Shown here in pieces: positions 1-11,297 of a stretch of DNA of 64,000 nt. Source of the stretch: an uncultured Solirubrobacteraceae bacterium (GTDB taxonomy: Bacteria; Actinomycetota; Thermoleophilia; Solirubrobacterales; Solirubrobacteraceae); the NCBI GenBank assembly GCA_963738815.1, contig CAVTXW010000009.1, forward strand, positions 11,536-75,535, read 5' to 3'. Made by a program: the position numbers and the translations under genes. How positions within the stretch are numbered: the stretch's first letter is position 1; each line of letters begins with the position of its first letter. The notes beneath the pieces were generated by a model. That model worked only from the letters and a program-made list of their open reading frames with translations, did no database searches and was not told the origin of the DNA.

Positions 1-1103
<1,103 letters not shown>

Positions 1104-1114
1104 GGGCGCTGATC

Positions 1115-2245
1115 CTACGCCGGGGCGCCCGCGAGAACCGCGCGCAGCTCGGTCGCGACCCGCTCGATGAGGCCCTCGCTCATCTCCGGGAAGAACGGGA
1201 GCGCGATCGAGCGAGCCGCGACGTCCTCGCAGACCGGGAACTCCCCGTCGCGGTGGCCGAAGCGCTCGCGGTAGAAGCTCATCAGGTGGATCGCGGGCAG
1301 GTAGGGCTTGCTCTGGATGCCCCGGGCGTTCAGAGCCCGGACCGTCTCGTCGCGGTCCACCCCCCGCGGCAGCTGCACGACGAACACGAACCAGCCGCGC
1401 CGGAGAGCGCCCTGCTCCTCGCACGGGAGGGTGAGCTCCTCCACGCCGTGGAGCGCCTCGCGATAGAGGGCGGCGACGCGCGCACGAGCGTCGAGCATCC
1501 CGCGCAGCCGCGCGAGCTGTGCGATCCCGAGCGCGCAGGCGATGTCAGACAGGCGGTAGTTGAAGCCGAGCCTGTCGTGGTCGAGCCAGTCCATGTCGGG
1601 CGCGCGGCCCTGGTTGCGCTCGGAGTCCAAGCGCTCCTTCACCGCGGCGGAGCCGGTCGTGACCATGCCCCCCTCCCCGGTCGTCAGCTGCTTGTTGGCG
1701 TAGAAGGCGAACACCGCCGGGCTCTCACGCGAGCCGACCTCGCTCCCATCGCCGTAGCGCGCGCCGAGCGCCTCGCAGGCGTCCTCGACGATGCCGAGGC
1801 CGTGGCGCGCGGCGAGCGCGTCGAAGGCCTCCATGTCGGCCGGGTAGCCGAAGATGTGGACCGGGAGCAGCGCGCGGGTGCGGTTCGTGACCGCGGCTGC
1901 GGCGGCGTCGGGGGCGAGGTCGAGGGTGACGGGGTCGATGTCTGCGAAGACCGGGCGCGCGCGCTCGAAGACGACGGCGTTCGCCGAGGCCACGAACGAG
2001 AACGGGCTCGTGACGACCTCGTCACCGTCCTGCACGCCGACCGCGCGCAGCGCGAGATGCAGGCCTGCGGTGCCGCTGCTGACAGCGCTCGCGTGGCGCG
2101 CGCCCGTGAAGTCCGCGAACCGCTGCTCGAACTCGCCGAGCGCCGGCCCCAGCGAGAGCCGGCCCGAGCGCAGAACCTCGACGACGGCCTGCTCCTCCTC
2201 CTCGCCCAAGACCGGTTTGGCGAGGGGGATCGGCTCCCCGCTCAC
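1115..2245 (-). CDS. DegT/DnrJ/EryC1/StrS family PLP-dependent aminotransferase
   Basis: Motifs AVSSGTAGLH, IVEDACEALG and FAFYANKQLTTGEGG (PLP lysine), GFNYRLSD. GTG start overlaps the cimA stop. Confidence 0.9.
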   Translation of the reverse strand: MSGEPIPLAKPVLGEEEEQAVVEVLRSGRLSLGPALGEFEQRFADFTGARHASAVSSGTAGLHLALRAVGVQDGDEVVTSPFSFVASANAVVFERARPVFADIDPVTLDLAPDAAAAAVTNRTRALLPVHIFGYPADMEAFDALAARHGLGIVEDACEALGARYGDGSEVGSRESPAVFAFYANKQLTTGEGGMVTTGSAAVKERLDSERNQGRAPDMDWLDHDRLGFNYRLSDIACALGIAQLARLRGMLDARARVAALYREALHGVEELTLPCEEQGALRRGWFVFVVQLPRGVDRDETVRALNARGIQSKPYLPAIHLMSFYRERFGHRDGEFPVCEDVAARSIALPFFPEMSEGLIERVATELRAVLAGAPA

Positions 2246-3876
2246 TGCGCCTCGCCGGTGGCCGGAACGGTGCTCGCGCCCTCCCCCGCTGCGGCTTGCG
2301 GCCGGCGCCCCGGTTGCATGCCGTACTCGAGCGAATCGACCAGCGCGTCCCAGGACGCCGCGATCAGGTTCTCCGAGACGCCGATCGTTCCCCACACCTG
2401 ATGACCGTCCGAGGCGTCGATCAGCACGCGCGTGACCGCGCCGGTGCCGTGGCTCTCGTCGAGGATCCGGACCTTGAAGTTCACGAGCTCGATGTCCCGC
2501 AGGTGCGGGTGCAGCTCGCCGATCGCGTCGCGCAGCGCTGCGTCCAGCGCGTTCACGGGGCCGTTTCCCTCGGCGGTCCTGACGAAGCGCTCGCCGCCGA
2601 GCCAGACCTTGATCGTCGCCTCCGTCGCGACCTTGCCGTCGGCGCGCTTCTCGACCAGCACCCGCCAGGACTCGAGGCGGAACAGCGGCTCGTACTCGCC
2701 CGCCTCCTTGCGCATCAGCAGCTCGAGCGAGCCGTCGGCGGCCTCGAACTGGAAGCCCTCGTGCTCGAGCTCCTTGACGCGCCCGAGGACTCGCTGGGCG
2801 AACTCGCCGGAGGCCGCCCCGATCCCGGCCTCGGCCGCCTTCTCGGCGATCGTGGCCCTGCCGGAGAGCTCGGAGACCAGCACGTCGCGTGAGTTGCCGA
2901 CCTGCGCCGGGTCGACGTGCTCGAAGCTGCTCTCGTCGGCCTGGATGCCCGCGGCGTGGAGGCCGGCCTTGTGCGCGAAGGCGTGCTTGCCGACGTAGGG
3001 CTGAGCCGGATCGGGGGTGCGGTTCAGAAGCTCATCCACGAAGTGGGCGGTCTCGGTGAGCCGGGCGAGCTGCTCCGCCGCCAGCACCTGGACGCCCATC
3101 TTCAGCTGCAGGTCAGCGACGATCGTGAGCAGGTTGGCGTTGCCGGTGCGCTCGCCGATCCCGTTGACCGTGCCCTGGACCTGGGTCGCGCCCGATTCCA
3201 GCGCGGTCAGCGAGTTGGCGACCGCGCAACCCGAGTCGTCGTGACAGTGGATGCCCAGGCGCGCGCCCGGCAGCGCTTCGCGGACGACCGCGAGCGCGGT
3301 GCGGATCTGGGGCGGCAGGCTGCCACCGTTCGTGTCACAGAGGACGAGGCGCTCGGCGCCCGCGTCGGCGGCCGCGCGCAGGCAGTCGAGCGCGTAGCCC
3401 GGATCCAGAGCGAAGCCGTCGAAGAAATGCTCGGCGTCGAGCAGCACGCGCTTGCCCTCCCCGGCGAGGAAGGAGACCGAGTCCGCGATCATCGCGAGGT
3501 TCTCCTCGCGGCTGACCCGCACGACCTTCTCGACGTGCAGCACCGAAGCCTTGCCGACGAGCGTGCAGACCGGCGCGAAGGAGCCTGCCAGCACCTTCAG
3601 GCCCTCGTCCGCGGCGGCCGCGGTCTCGCGGCGACGGGTCATCCCGAACGCGACGATCTCGGCGTTCGCCAGCCGCTCCTGCGCGAGCAGCGAGAACAGC
3701 TCCTGCTCCTTCGGGTTCGACGCCGGGAAGCCGGCCTCGATCATGTGCACGCCGAGCTCGTCGAGGGCGTGCACGACGCGCAGCTTCTCGGCCGCGGTGA
3801 GCGACATCCCACCGCCGCCCATGCCGTCGCGCAGGGTGGCGTCGTACAGCTCGATGCGGTTCTGCTCGGGGCTCAT
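2242..3876 (-). CDS. cimA: Citramalate synthase
   Basis: YDATLRDG, LDAEHFFDGF, HCHDDSGCAVAN, HAFAHKAGLH, SELSGRA, GFQFEAADGS, GNGPVNALD are typical of bacterial CimA. Confidence 0.9.
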   Translation of the reverse strand: MSPEQNRIELYDATLRDGMGGGGMSLTAAEKLRVVHALDELGVHMIEAGFPASNPKEQELFSLLAQERLANAEIVAFGMTRRRETAAAADEGLKVLAGSFAPVCTLVGKASVLHVEKVVRVSREENLAMIADSVSFLAGEGKRVLLDAEHFFDGFALDPGYALDCLRAAADAGAERLVLCDTNGGSLPPQIRTALAVVREALPGARLGIHCHDDSGCAVANSLTALESGATQVQGTVNGIGERTGNANLLTIVADLQLKMGVQVLAAEQLARLTETAHFVDELLNRTPDPAQPYVGKHAFAHKAGLHAAGIQADESSFEHVDPAQVGNSRDVLVSELSGRATIAEKAAEAGIGAASGEFAQRVLGRVKELEHEGFQFEAADGSLELLMRKEAGEYEPLFRLESWRVLVEKRADGKVATEATIKVWLGGERFVRTAEGNGPVNALDAALRDAIGELHPHLRDIELVNFKVRILDESHGTGAVTRVLIDASDGHQVWGTIGVSENLIAASWDALVDSLEYGMQPGRRPQAAAGEGASTVPATGEAQ

Positions 3877-3948
3877 TCGGGGTTCCTTTCAGGCTTTCGG
3901 GTGACGGGCGGCGGACGGGATCTGCGACCGGCCGCGCGGCGTCACCGC

Positions 3949-4932
3949 CTAGCCGGTCGCCCCGGTAATTCGCTCGCCCGGCGAGGCCTCGCCCGTGGGC
4001 GTCTCCAGATCGCGCGGGCGCACGACGTCGAGCCACTCGTGGTAGTGCTCCGAGCGCCCGTGGATCGCGTCGTCGAACGCCGCGCCCAGCACCTTGGTGA
4101 TCTCGCCGGGCACGCCACCCGCGATGGCGTGATCGTCGACCTCCACCACGGGGACCAGCTCGGCCGCGGTGCCGGTCATGAAGACCTCGTCGGCGAGGTA
4201 CAGCTCGGCCCGGCCCACATCCCGCTCCGAGACGGTGTAGCCGAGGTCGCGCGCGATCTGGATCACCGAGCGGCGGGTGATGCCGTCGAGGATCGAGTTG
4301 CTCTGCCCGGGCGTCACGATCTCGCCGTCGCGCACCAGGTAGACGTTCTCGCCGGTGCCCTCGCACACGTACCCGTGATCGTCGAGCAGGATCGCCTCCT
4401 GGTAGCCGGCCTTCGTCGACTCGATCTTGGCGAGCACGCTGTTCAGGTACTGCCCCGAGGCCTTCGCGTGCGGGATCAGCGAGTCGGGGCTGATCCGCCG
4501 CCAGGAGGACACCTTGGCGCGGATGCCGTTGGCCTTGCCCTCCTCGCCGAGGTAGGTCGCCCACTCCCAGCAGGCGATCGTGACGTCGACGTTGCAGTCC
4601 AGCGGGTTCAGCCCCATCTGGCCGTAGCCGCGGTAGACGATCGGACGGATGTAGCACGAGCGCAGGCCGTTGCGCGCGACGAGCTCGAGCGTTGCGGCGC
4701 GGATCTGCTCGGCCGTGTAGGGCACCGGCATGTAGTAGAGCTCCGCGGAGCGCAGCAGGCGATCGACGTGCTCGCCGTTGCGGAAGACAGCGGGACCCAG
4801 CTCCGTGTCGTAGCAGCGGACCCCCTCGAAGACCCCGGTGCCGTAGTGCAGGCCGTGGGTCAGGACGTGGACCTTGGCGTCCTCCCAGGCGACGAAGTCT
4901 CCGTTCATCCAGATGAGGTCGGTGGGGTCCAC
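3949..4932 (-). CDS. ilvE: Branched-chain amino acid aminotransferase
   Basis: HGLHYGTGVFEG, AKASGQYLNS, EGTGEN, ILDGITR, FMTGTAAE. Confidence 0.95.
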   Translation of the reverse strand: MDPTDLIWMNGDFVAWEDAKVHVLTHGLHYGTGVFEGVRCYDTELGPAVFRNGEHVDRLLRSAELYYMPVPYTAEQIRAATLELVARNGLRSCYIRPIVYRGYGQMGLNPLDCNVDVTIACWEWATYLGEEGKANGIRAKVSSWRRISPDSLIPHAKASGQYLNSVLAKIESTKAGYQEAILLDDHGYVCEGTGENVYLVRDGEIVTPGQSNSILDGITRRSVIQIARDLGYTVSERDVGRAELYLADEVFMTGTAAELVPVVEVDDHAIAGGVPGEITKVLGAAFDDAIHGRSEHYHEWLDVVRPRDLETPTGEASPGERITGATG

Positions 4933-4944
4933 TTTTCCGTGCTC

Positions 4945-5976
4945 CTATTCGAGGTTGTCGAGCACTGTTCGGGTTGCCTGCGCCGTTCCCTCTTCGCCGC
5001 CGAGATCAGCGGTGCGCAGGCCCCCGTCCAGTGCGCGCTGCACCGCCGATTCTACAGCCGCCGCCTCGCTTTCCAAGGACAGCCCATGCCTCAGCATCAG
5101 CGCTGCGGAGAGGAACATCGCGAGCGGATTCGCGATCCCCTGACCCGCGATGTCGGGCGCCGAGCCGTGCACGGGCTCGAACAGCCCGGGGTCGCCCTCG
5201 GCTCCGAGCGAGGCGCTCGGCAGCATCCCGATCGAGCCCGTGAGCATCGCCGCCTCGTCGGAGAGGATGTCGCCGAACAGGTTCTCGGTCAGGATCACGT
5301 CGAAGTGCCGTGGCGATGAGACGAGCTGCATCGCCGCGTTGTCCACGAGCACGTGCTCGAGCTCGATGTTCGGGAACTCCTGCGAGTGCACCCGGATCAC
5401 GGTCTCGCGCCACAGCCGGCTCGTCTCGAGCACGTTGGCCTTGTCGACGCTCGACACGCGCGAGCGGGCGGCGCGGAAACCGACGCGCGCGATCCGCTCG
5501 ATCTCCTCGACGGTGTAGGCGCACAGGTCGCTGGCCATCAGCGCATCGCGCTGCTTCTCGCCGAAGTAGATCCCACCCGTCAGCTCGCGCACGACCAGCA
5601 GGTCGGTGCCCTCGATGCGCTCGCGCCGCAGCGGCGAGGCGTCATAAAGGGCCGGCAGGGGCTTGACCGGCCGCAGGTTCGCGTACAGGCCCATCCCCTT
5701 GCGCAGGCCGAGCAGGCCCTGCTCCGGGCGCGGCGCGTCAGGGTCGGTCGTGTCCCACTTCGGCCCGCCGACGGCGGCGAGCAGCACCGCGTCGGCGGCG
5801 CGGCAGGCCGCGAGCACATCGTCTGTCAGGGCGGTCCCGTGAGCATCGATCGAGGCGCCGCCGAAGACGTGCTCCTCGAACTCGAAGTCGCCCAGGACGC
5901 GCAGGAGCTCCAGCGTCGGGGCCATGATCTCGGGCCCGATGCCGTCGCCGGGCAGGGTGACGATGCGGTGCGGCAC
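4945..5976 (-). CDS. leuB: 3-isopropylmalate dehydrogenase
   Basis: LPGDGIGPE, RPEQGLLGLRK, VRELTGGIYFG, NLFGDILSDEA, EPVHGSAPDIAG. Confidence 0.97.
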   Translation of the reverse strand: MPHRIVTLPGDGIGPEIMAPTLELLRVLGDFEFEEHVFGGASIDAHGTALTDDVLAACRAADAVLLAAVGGPKWDTTDPDAPRPEQGLLGLRKGMGLYANLRPVKPLPALYDASPLRRERIEGTDLLVVRELTGGIYFGEKQRDALMASDLCAYTVEEIERIARVGFRAARSRVSSVDKANVLETSRLWRETVIRVHSQEFPNIELEHVLVDNAAMQLVSSPRHFDVILTENLFGDILSDEAAMLTGSIGMLPSASLGAEGDPGLFEPVHGSAPDIAGQGIANPLAMFLSAALMLRHGLSLESEAAAVESAVQRALDGGLRTADLGGEEGTAQATRTVLDNLE

Positions 5977-6152
5977 GGCGCGCGACGCTAGCAGGACGGG
6001 CGCCGGCGCGGCCAGGCCGCGGCGATCACCAGATCGGCGCCGGGCGACAGGAGGCAGACACCCGAGCTACGCCGTGCGGCCGCGGTCCTGCTCGGCACGG
6101 CTGGCGGCAGCCGGCGCCCGCCGGGCGCCGTCGCGGCGCGGCCCCCCACTGC

Positions 6153-6542
6153 TCACCACGACAGCCCGCGATAGAGCGCCTGCACGCGCTCGATCAGACC
6201 ATCCCCGTCGTACTCGTGCAGCTCGCACACCGGCGTCCCGTCGGCCCACCGGTAGGTCATCGCGAGCGAGTGGACACCGGCATAGACGCTGTCGAGCTCG
6301 AAGCGCAGATCGGGCAGCCGCTCGAGCCCGCGCGCGAAGTGCTCGCGCAGGCGCTCGGAGCCGCGAACGGTGCCGTCGGGGATGCCGAGCGTGTCGATGA
6401 TCGTCGGCGTCTGGAACACGATTCCCGGTGCGTAGAGCGCCATGATCGCGTCCAGGTCGTGAGCGTTCCACGCGGCCACCCACTCCTCCGCGAGCGAGCG
6501 GGCGCGGGCGCTGTCCAGCGGGGTCGGAAGCGGGCCGCTCAC
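6153..6542 (-). CDS. NTF2/SnoaL-like domain protein
   Basis: AEEWVAAWNAHDLDAIMALYA...LREHFARGL pattern; GTG start overlaps the leuD stop. Confidence 0.8.
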   Translation of the reverse strand: MSGPLPTPLDSARARSLAEEWVAAWNAHDLDAIMALYAPGIVFQTPTIIDTLGIPDGTVRGSERLREHFARGLERLPDLRFELDSVYAGVHSLAMTYRWADGTPVCELHEYDGDGLIERVQALYRGLSW

Positions 6543-7111
6543 AGCGCCGTCGTCGGCACGCGCTGCCAGCTGGCGCCGCCGTCGTGCTCGCCCTCGTAGC
6601 CGGCGATCTCCGGCTCCGAGCCGAGCGTCACGCCGACGTCGTCGAGGCCGTCGAGGAGCCTGCGGCGGATCTCGTGATCGATCTCGAAGGCGACCTCGCG
6701 CCCGTCGAAACGCACCTCCTGCGCCCGCAGGTCGATCTGCCCGTGGCCGGCGTGCGCCAGCGCCCGGCAGTCCTCCTCTCCGAGCACGATCGGCAGCAGC
6801 CCGATCTTCGTGCAGTTCGAGTAGAAGATGTCGGCGAAGCTCGGCGCGACGACCGCCTGGAAGCCGTAGTCCTGGAGTCCCCATGGCGCGTGCTCGCGCG
6901 AGGAGCCACAGCCGAAGTTCTCGCCCGCGACGAGGATCGGGTTGGCGGGCAGGTCCCAGCCGGGCTCCTTGGCCCAGTCGTAGAACAGGAACTCGCCGAA
7001 GCCGGTCCGCTCGACCCGCTTGAGGAACTGCTTGGGCATGATCTGGTCGGTATCGACGTTGGCGCGGTCCAGGAAGCTGACCTGGCCGGTGATCGTCTCG
7101 ATCTTCTCCAT
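6539..7111 (-). CDS. leuD: 3-isopropylmalate dehydratase small subunit
   Basis: NVDTDQIMPKQFLK, ENFGCGSSREHA, SFADIFYSN; purine-rich SD-like sequence before ATG 7111. Confidence 0.96.
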   Translation of the reverse strand: MEKIETITGQVSFLDRANVDTDQIMPKQFLKRVERTGFGEFLFYDWAKEPGWDLPANPILVAGENFGCGSSREHAPWGLQDYGFQAVVAPSFADIFYSNCTKIGLLPIVLGEEDCRALAHAGHGQIDLRAQEVRFDGREVAFEIDHEIRRRLLDGLDDVGVTLGSEPEIAGYEGEHDGGASWQRVPTTAL

Positions 7112-7172
7112 CGTGTTTTCCTTGGTTGTGGGTCCGCGCACCGTCCCGGCGCGCTCTTGACTGGACGTCCGG

Positions 7173-7877
7173 TCAGCTGGCCGCTCCCGGCTTGACGGCG
7201 CTGAAGATCGCGCCCTCGGCCCATTTGAAGCTCAGTTCGACCTGCTCGAAACCGGCCTCGCGCAGCCACTCGAGCTGGTCCGCGGCAGGATCGGGGCGGT
7301 CTTCGCTGTGATCGTCGAAGGGCTCGTCGCGGTCGGAGCCGGGGTGCATCGCGGCCGCGTTGGCGAGGATCTGCTCGTCGAAGAGCCCGGCCAGCGGGCC
7401 GTCGATCTCGACGACGTCCATGTTCACGAACATCGCGCCGGGCGCGAGCCGGTCGTGGATCTCGGCGAACAGCGCACGCTTGCGCTCAGCCGTCAGGTGG
7501 TGGATCGCGTACGAGGAGACGGCGGCGTCGTAGGAGCCCTCCGGCACCGCGTCGCGCCAGGCCGGGGTCGAGAGGTCACCCCGCACGGCGGTCCAGCCCT
7601 CCGCGCCGAGCCGCTCGCCCGCGCGAGCGAGCATCGGCTCGGAGAAGTCGACCAGGACCGCCTCGGCGCCGGGCGCGAACGAGCGCATGAGCGCGGAGGA
7701 CGCGCCGTCACCGGAGCCGATGTCGAGGAACCGTACGACGGGCCGGCCGTGCCGCTCGAACAGCCGCCGCACGAGGTCTTCCTGGACGTCGAGCAGCGGC
7801 AGCAGCTGCTGGCGGTGCTCGAGGAATTCCTCGGCCAGCTCGGCGCGCTGCCAGTGGGCGTCCCTCGTCTCGCTCAC
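7173..7877 (-). CDS. Class I SAM-dependent methyltransferase between leuC and leuD
   Basis: [39 protein letters not shown]; start overlaps the leuC stop. Confidence 0.88.
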   Translation of the reverse strand: MSETRDAHWQRAELAEEFLEHRQQLLPLLDVQEDLVRRLFERHGRPVVRFLDIGSGDGASSALMRSFAPGAEAVLVDFSEPMLARAGERLGAEGWTAVRGDLSTPAWRDAVPEGSYDAAVSSYAIHHLTAERKRALFAEIHDRLAPGAMFVNMDVVEIDGPLAGLFDEQILANAAAMHPGSDRDEPFDDHSEDRPDPAADQLEWLREAGFEQVELSFKWAEGAIFSAVKPGAAS

Positions 7878-9280
7878 GACCACTCCCGGATGTCCACGAA
7901 GCGTCCCTCGATCGCCGCCGCGGCCGCCATCTGCGGCGAGACCAGGTGGGTGCGCCCGCCGCGGCCCTGGCGCCCCTCGAAGTTGCGGTTCGAGGTGGAG
8001 GCGCAGCGCTCGCCGGGCTGCAGGATGTCCGGGTTCATGCCCAGGCACATCGAGCAGCCCGCGACGCGCCAGTCGAACCCGGCGTCTCGGAAGACCTTGT
8101 CGAGGCCCTCGGCTTCGGCCTGCGCGCGCACCTGCTGGGAGCCCGGCACGACCATCGCGTTCACCGACGGCGCGACCTTCTTGCCGGCGACCACCTCGGC
8201 AGCGGCGCGCAGGTCGCCGATCCTGGAGTTGGTGCACGAGCCGATGAAGACGCGGTCCAAGGCGATCTCCTGGATCGGCGTACCCGGCTCGAGCGCCATG
8301 TAGTGCAGGGCACGTTCGGTCTCCTCGCGATCGGCGGGCGCCTCGAAGTCCTCCGGCGCCGGCACCGTCTCGGTCACGGCCCGCACCATCCCCGGGTTCG
8401 TGCCCCAGCTCACCTGCGGCGAGATCGCACCCGCGTCGATCTCGATCTCGGTGTCGAAGAACGCGCCCTCCTCCGTCGGGAGCTGCGACCAGGCCGCGAC
8501 CGCGCGCTCCAGCTCGGAGCCCTTCGGCGCGCCGGGCCGCTCGGCCTGGGTGAACCACTCGAAGGTCGTCGCGTCCGGCGCCACCATGCCGGCGCGCCCG
8601 CCACCCTCGATCGTCATGTTGCAAACCGTCATCCGGCCCTCCATCGAGAGCGCCCGGATCGGCGCCCCTGCGTACTCGACGACGTGGCCGGTCATGCCGC
8701 CGACGCCGAGCCGCCCGAGCGTGCCCAGGATCAGGTCCTTGGCGCTCACGCCGAAACCCAGCTCGCCGGTGTAGAGGATCCGCATCGAGCGCGCCTTGTG
8801 CTGGACCATGCACTGGGTGGCAAGCACGTGCTCGACCTCGCTGGTCCCGATGCCGAACGCGAGCGCCCCGAAGGCCCCGTGCGTCGATGTGTGCGAGTCG
8901 CCGCAGACGATCGTCATGCCCGGCTGCGTGACGCCGAGCTCAGGCCCGATCACGTGGACGATGCCCTGGCGCGGCGAGCCGAGCGAGTAGACCGGCACCC
9001 CGAACTCCTCGCAGTTGCGCTCGAGCGTTTCGACCTGCACCCGTGAGAGCTCGTCCTTGATCCGTGCCGCGACAGGGGTCCCGTCGGTGGGCGTGTTGTG
9101 GTCCGCGGTCGCGAGCGTGCGATCCGGACGGCGGACCTTGCGGGCGGCGAGGCGCAAGCCGTCGAAGGCCTGCGGGCTCGTGACCTCGTGGACGAGGTGC
9201 AGGTCCACGTACATCAGGCCGGCGCCCTCGCCCCCGACCTCGTGCGCCTCCCAGATCTTGTCGTACATGGTCTTGGCCAT
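7874..9280 (-). CDS. leuC: 3-isopropylmalate dehydratase large subunit
   Basis: [52 protein letters not shown]. Confidence 0.97.
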   Translation of the reverse strand: MAKTMYDKIWEAHEVGGEGAGLMYVDLHLVHEVTSPQAFDGLRLAARKVRRPDRTLATADHNTPTDGTPVAARIKDELSRVQVETLERNCEEFGVPVYSLGSPRQGIVHVIGPELGVTQPGMTIVCGDSHTSTHGAFGALAFGIGTSEVEHVLATQCMVQHKARSMRILYTGELGFGVSAKDLILGTLGRLGVGGMTGHVVEYAGAPIRALSMEGRMTVCNMTIEGGGRAGMVAPDATTFEWFTQAERPGAPKGSELERAVAAWSQLPTEEGAFFDTEIEIDAGAISPQVSWGTNPGMVRAVTETVPAPEDFEAPADREETERALHYMALEPGTPIQEIALDRVFIGSCTNSRIGDLRAAAEVVAGKKVAPSVNAMVVPGSQQVRAQAEAEGLDKVFRDAGFDWRVAGCSMCLGMNPDILQPGERCASTSNRNFEGRQGRGGRTHLVSPQMAAAAAIEGRFVDIREWS

Positions 9281-9295
9281 CGGTGGTCCTCCTGG

Positions 9296-9922
9296 TCAGC
9301 TCCGTCTCAGGCCCGCCGAGACCACGGCCAGGAAGGCCGCGTCGCGCGCGGTCGGGTTCTCGAAGTGGTGGGGCAGGTCGGCGTCGAAGGTGACCGTGTC
9401 GCCCTCGTCCAGCTCGTAGCGCGCGCCGTCGCAGACGAGCACGACCGTGCCCTGCTCGACGAGCGCGGTCTCGCGGCTGCCCGGCTCGTGGAACGGCGGA
9501 TCGTCAGGGGCGCCGGTCGATCCCCCCGGTCCCAGCTCATGCCGGGAGAGCTCGGCGCGCTGCCCGGGCTGCGCCGCGGTCAGGACCTCGTAGCGGTGGC
9601 CGCTCCGGGCGTTGCCGCCACGTCGCCGGCCGTCGGCGCGCACGACCGTCACGGCGCCCTGCTCGTCCAGGCGCAGCAGCTGAGAGAGGCGCAGCTGCAG
9701 CCCCGTGGCGATGCGGGCTGCGACGGTCAGCGTCGGGCTCGTCTCTCCACGCTCCACCTGCGAGAGCATCGGGGCCGAGACCCCGGAGCGCTCCGCGAGG
9801 TCGCGCAGCGATAGCCCCTCGGCCTCGCGCAGAGCCTTCACGCGCGCGCCGACCGCTCCCGGCTCGACCGCTGCCGCCGCCTCGGGGACGGCCTTCCCGC
9901 CTCGCTCCTTCACGCTCGCCAT
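9296..9922 (-). CDS. XRE-family HTH plus cupin transcriptional regulator
   Basis: HTH LSLRDLAERSGVSAPMLSQVERGETSPT; cupin LDEGDTVTFDADLPHHFEN; ends 15 nt before leuC. Confidence 0.9.
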   Translation of the reverse strand: MASVKERGGKAVPEAAAAVEPGAVGARVKALREAEGLSLRDLAERSGVSAPMLSQVERGETSPTLTVAARIATGLQLRLSQLLRLDEQGAVTVVRADGRRRGGNARSGHRYEVLTAAQPGQRAELSRHELGPGGSTGAPDDPPFHEPGSRETALVEQGTVVLVCDGARYELDEGDTVTFDADLPHHFENPTARDAAFLAVVSAGLRRS

Positions 9923-9952
9923 CAGGCGGCGTACGTTATCACAGACAAATGT

Positions 9953-11230
9953 CTAGGGCAGCGGGCCGTCCGGGCTGCCGTTGCCCGTCGGACCGTCATA
10001 TCCCTTCACGCCGTGGCAGAAGTACTTGACCGTGCAGTGGCCGTTGCTCCCGCCCTTGACGTCGAACAGCACGCCCTCGGTGTAGAACGCCTCGCCGCCC
10101 GGCAGCGCCCGCGAGCCGGCGCTCGCATGCGCCTCGATCCCTGCCACCAGCGGCGAGCCGGCGCTCGTTCCGCAGAGGTCGATCCAGCCGCCTTCGGTGC
10201 TGTCGTATACGGACACCGGGGTGATGCACGCGCCGACCGCCGAGACGTCGTTGGTCATGCGCCCGGCGCAGCCGGTGTCTTTCTGCCAGGCCGGCTTCGA
10301 CCAGGTGCTGCTGCATCCACTACCGGTGCCGAGACCGAGACCCCGTTCGCCCCACACCTTCTCCTTGAAACCGCGCGCGCCGCCGCCCTTCTTGAGCGCC
10401 GTGCCGCCGACCGCCGCGACGGTCGGCAGTGAAGCCGGGAAGCTGGGCGAGGCCCCGAACACGAATTCGTTGTCGTAGCCGTAGTCGCCCGAGGAGACGG
10501 ACACGAAGATGCCGGGGTGGTTCCAGTCGGCTTCGGCTTCGCCGCATTCGCCGCCGCACGTTTCTTCCGCCAGCCCGTAGCTGTTGGAGATCTCAGTGGC
10601 GCCGTGCGCGGCCGCGTAGTTCACCGCGGCGCCGAGCGCCTTCCACGATTCTTCTTCGGCGCTGACGAGCATGATGTGGCATTCCGGGCACGCTGCGGAG
10701 ACCATGTCCAGGTCCAGCGCGACCTCCGGTTCCCATTCGGTGAAGCCGTGGTTGGCAGGGGCCGCACCTTCGGAGTTGACGATCGTCAGGCAGCCGCTTG
10801 CCGTGGTGCACGCCGGGATCCCGTACCGGGTGCGGTATTTGGCGAGGTCTTTCTCGGCCGCTTTGTAGGAGAACCCCTCGATCACCGCGACCGTCTGGCC
10901 GGCGCCGCCGGTGGTCGGGATCGCGTACGCCTGGCGGAGTTCTTCGGGGTCGATGCCGCCTTCTTCTCCGCCGCCTTCCGGTTTCTTTTTGTTGAACACG
11001 GCCGATTGCAGGCCCGCAGCAGTGGACGGACGGGGATCGACGATCGCGTCGCAGAGGCCGTGGGCGCACGCCCAGTGCGGCTGCGAGGCCGCACTGCGGC
11101 TGTCCGAGACGCCGTGCGCCGAGGGGCGCGGCGGCGCCGCGGCGGCGAACGCCGGCACCGCCAGCAGGGCGGCCATTGCGGCGGTCACAGCGAAGCTGGT
11201 CCTGGCGGCCCTGCTCACGGCCTTCCCCAT
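9953..11230 (-). CDS. Secreted S53/S8-like serine peptidase
   Basis: Signal peptide; EVALDLDMVSAACP, ISNSYG, SSGDYGY, CGTSAGSP (catalytic Ser), GYDGPTGNGSP. Confidence 0.85.
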   Translation of the reverse strand: MGKAVSRAARTSFAVTAAMAALLAVPAFAAAAPPRPSAHGVSDSRSAASQPHWACAHGLCDAIVDPRPSTAAGLQSAVFNKKKPEGGGEEGGIDPEELRQAYAIPTTGGAGQTVAVIEGFSYKAAEKDLAKYRTRYGIPACTTASGCLTIVNSEGAAPANHGFTEWEPEVALDLDMVSAACPECHIMLVSAEEESWKALGAAVNYAAAHGATEISNSYGLAEETCGGECGEAEADWNHPGIFVSVSSGDYGYDNEFVFGASPSFPASLPTVAAVGGTALKKGGGARGFKEKVWGERGLGLGTGSGCSSTWSKPAWQKDTGCAGRMTNDVSAVGACITPVSVYDSTEGGWIDLCGTSAGSPLVAGIEAHASAGSRALPGGEAFYTEGVLFDVKGGSNGHCTVKYFCHGVKGYDGPTGNGSPDGPLP

Positions 11231-11297
11231 GTCGTCCTCCCGTCGGATGCCTGCGGGAACGGTAGAGCAAAACCGTGCCGGCGCCGCAGGTTGCGGT

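Noticed and set aside
5990-6150. GC-rich hairpins between the SnoaL-like gene and leuB
   Set aside because: They are short stems expected at this GC content and lie upstream of the leaderless leuB -10; no motif recognised.
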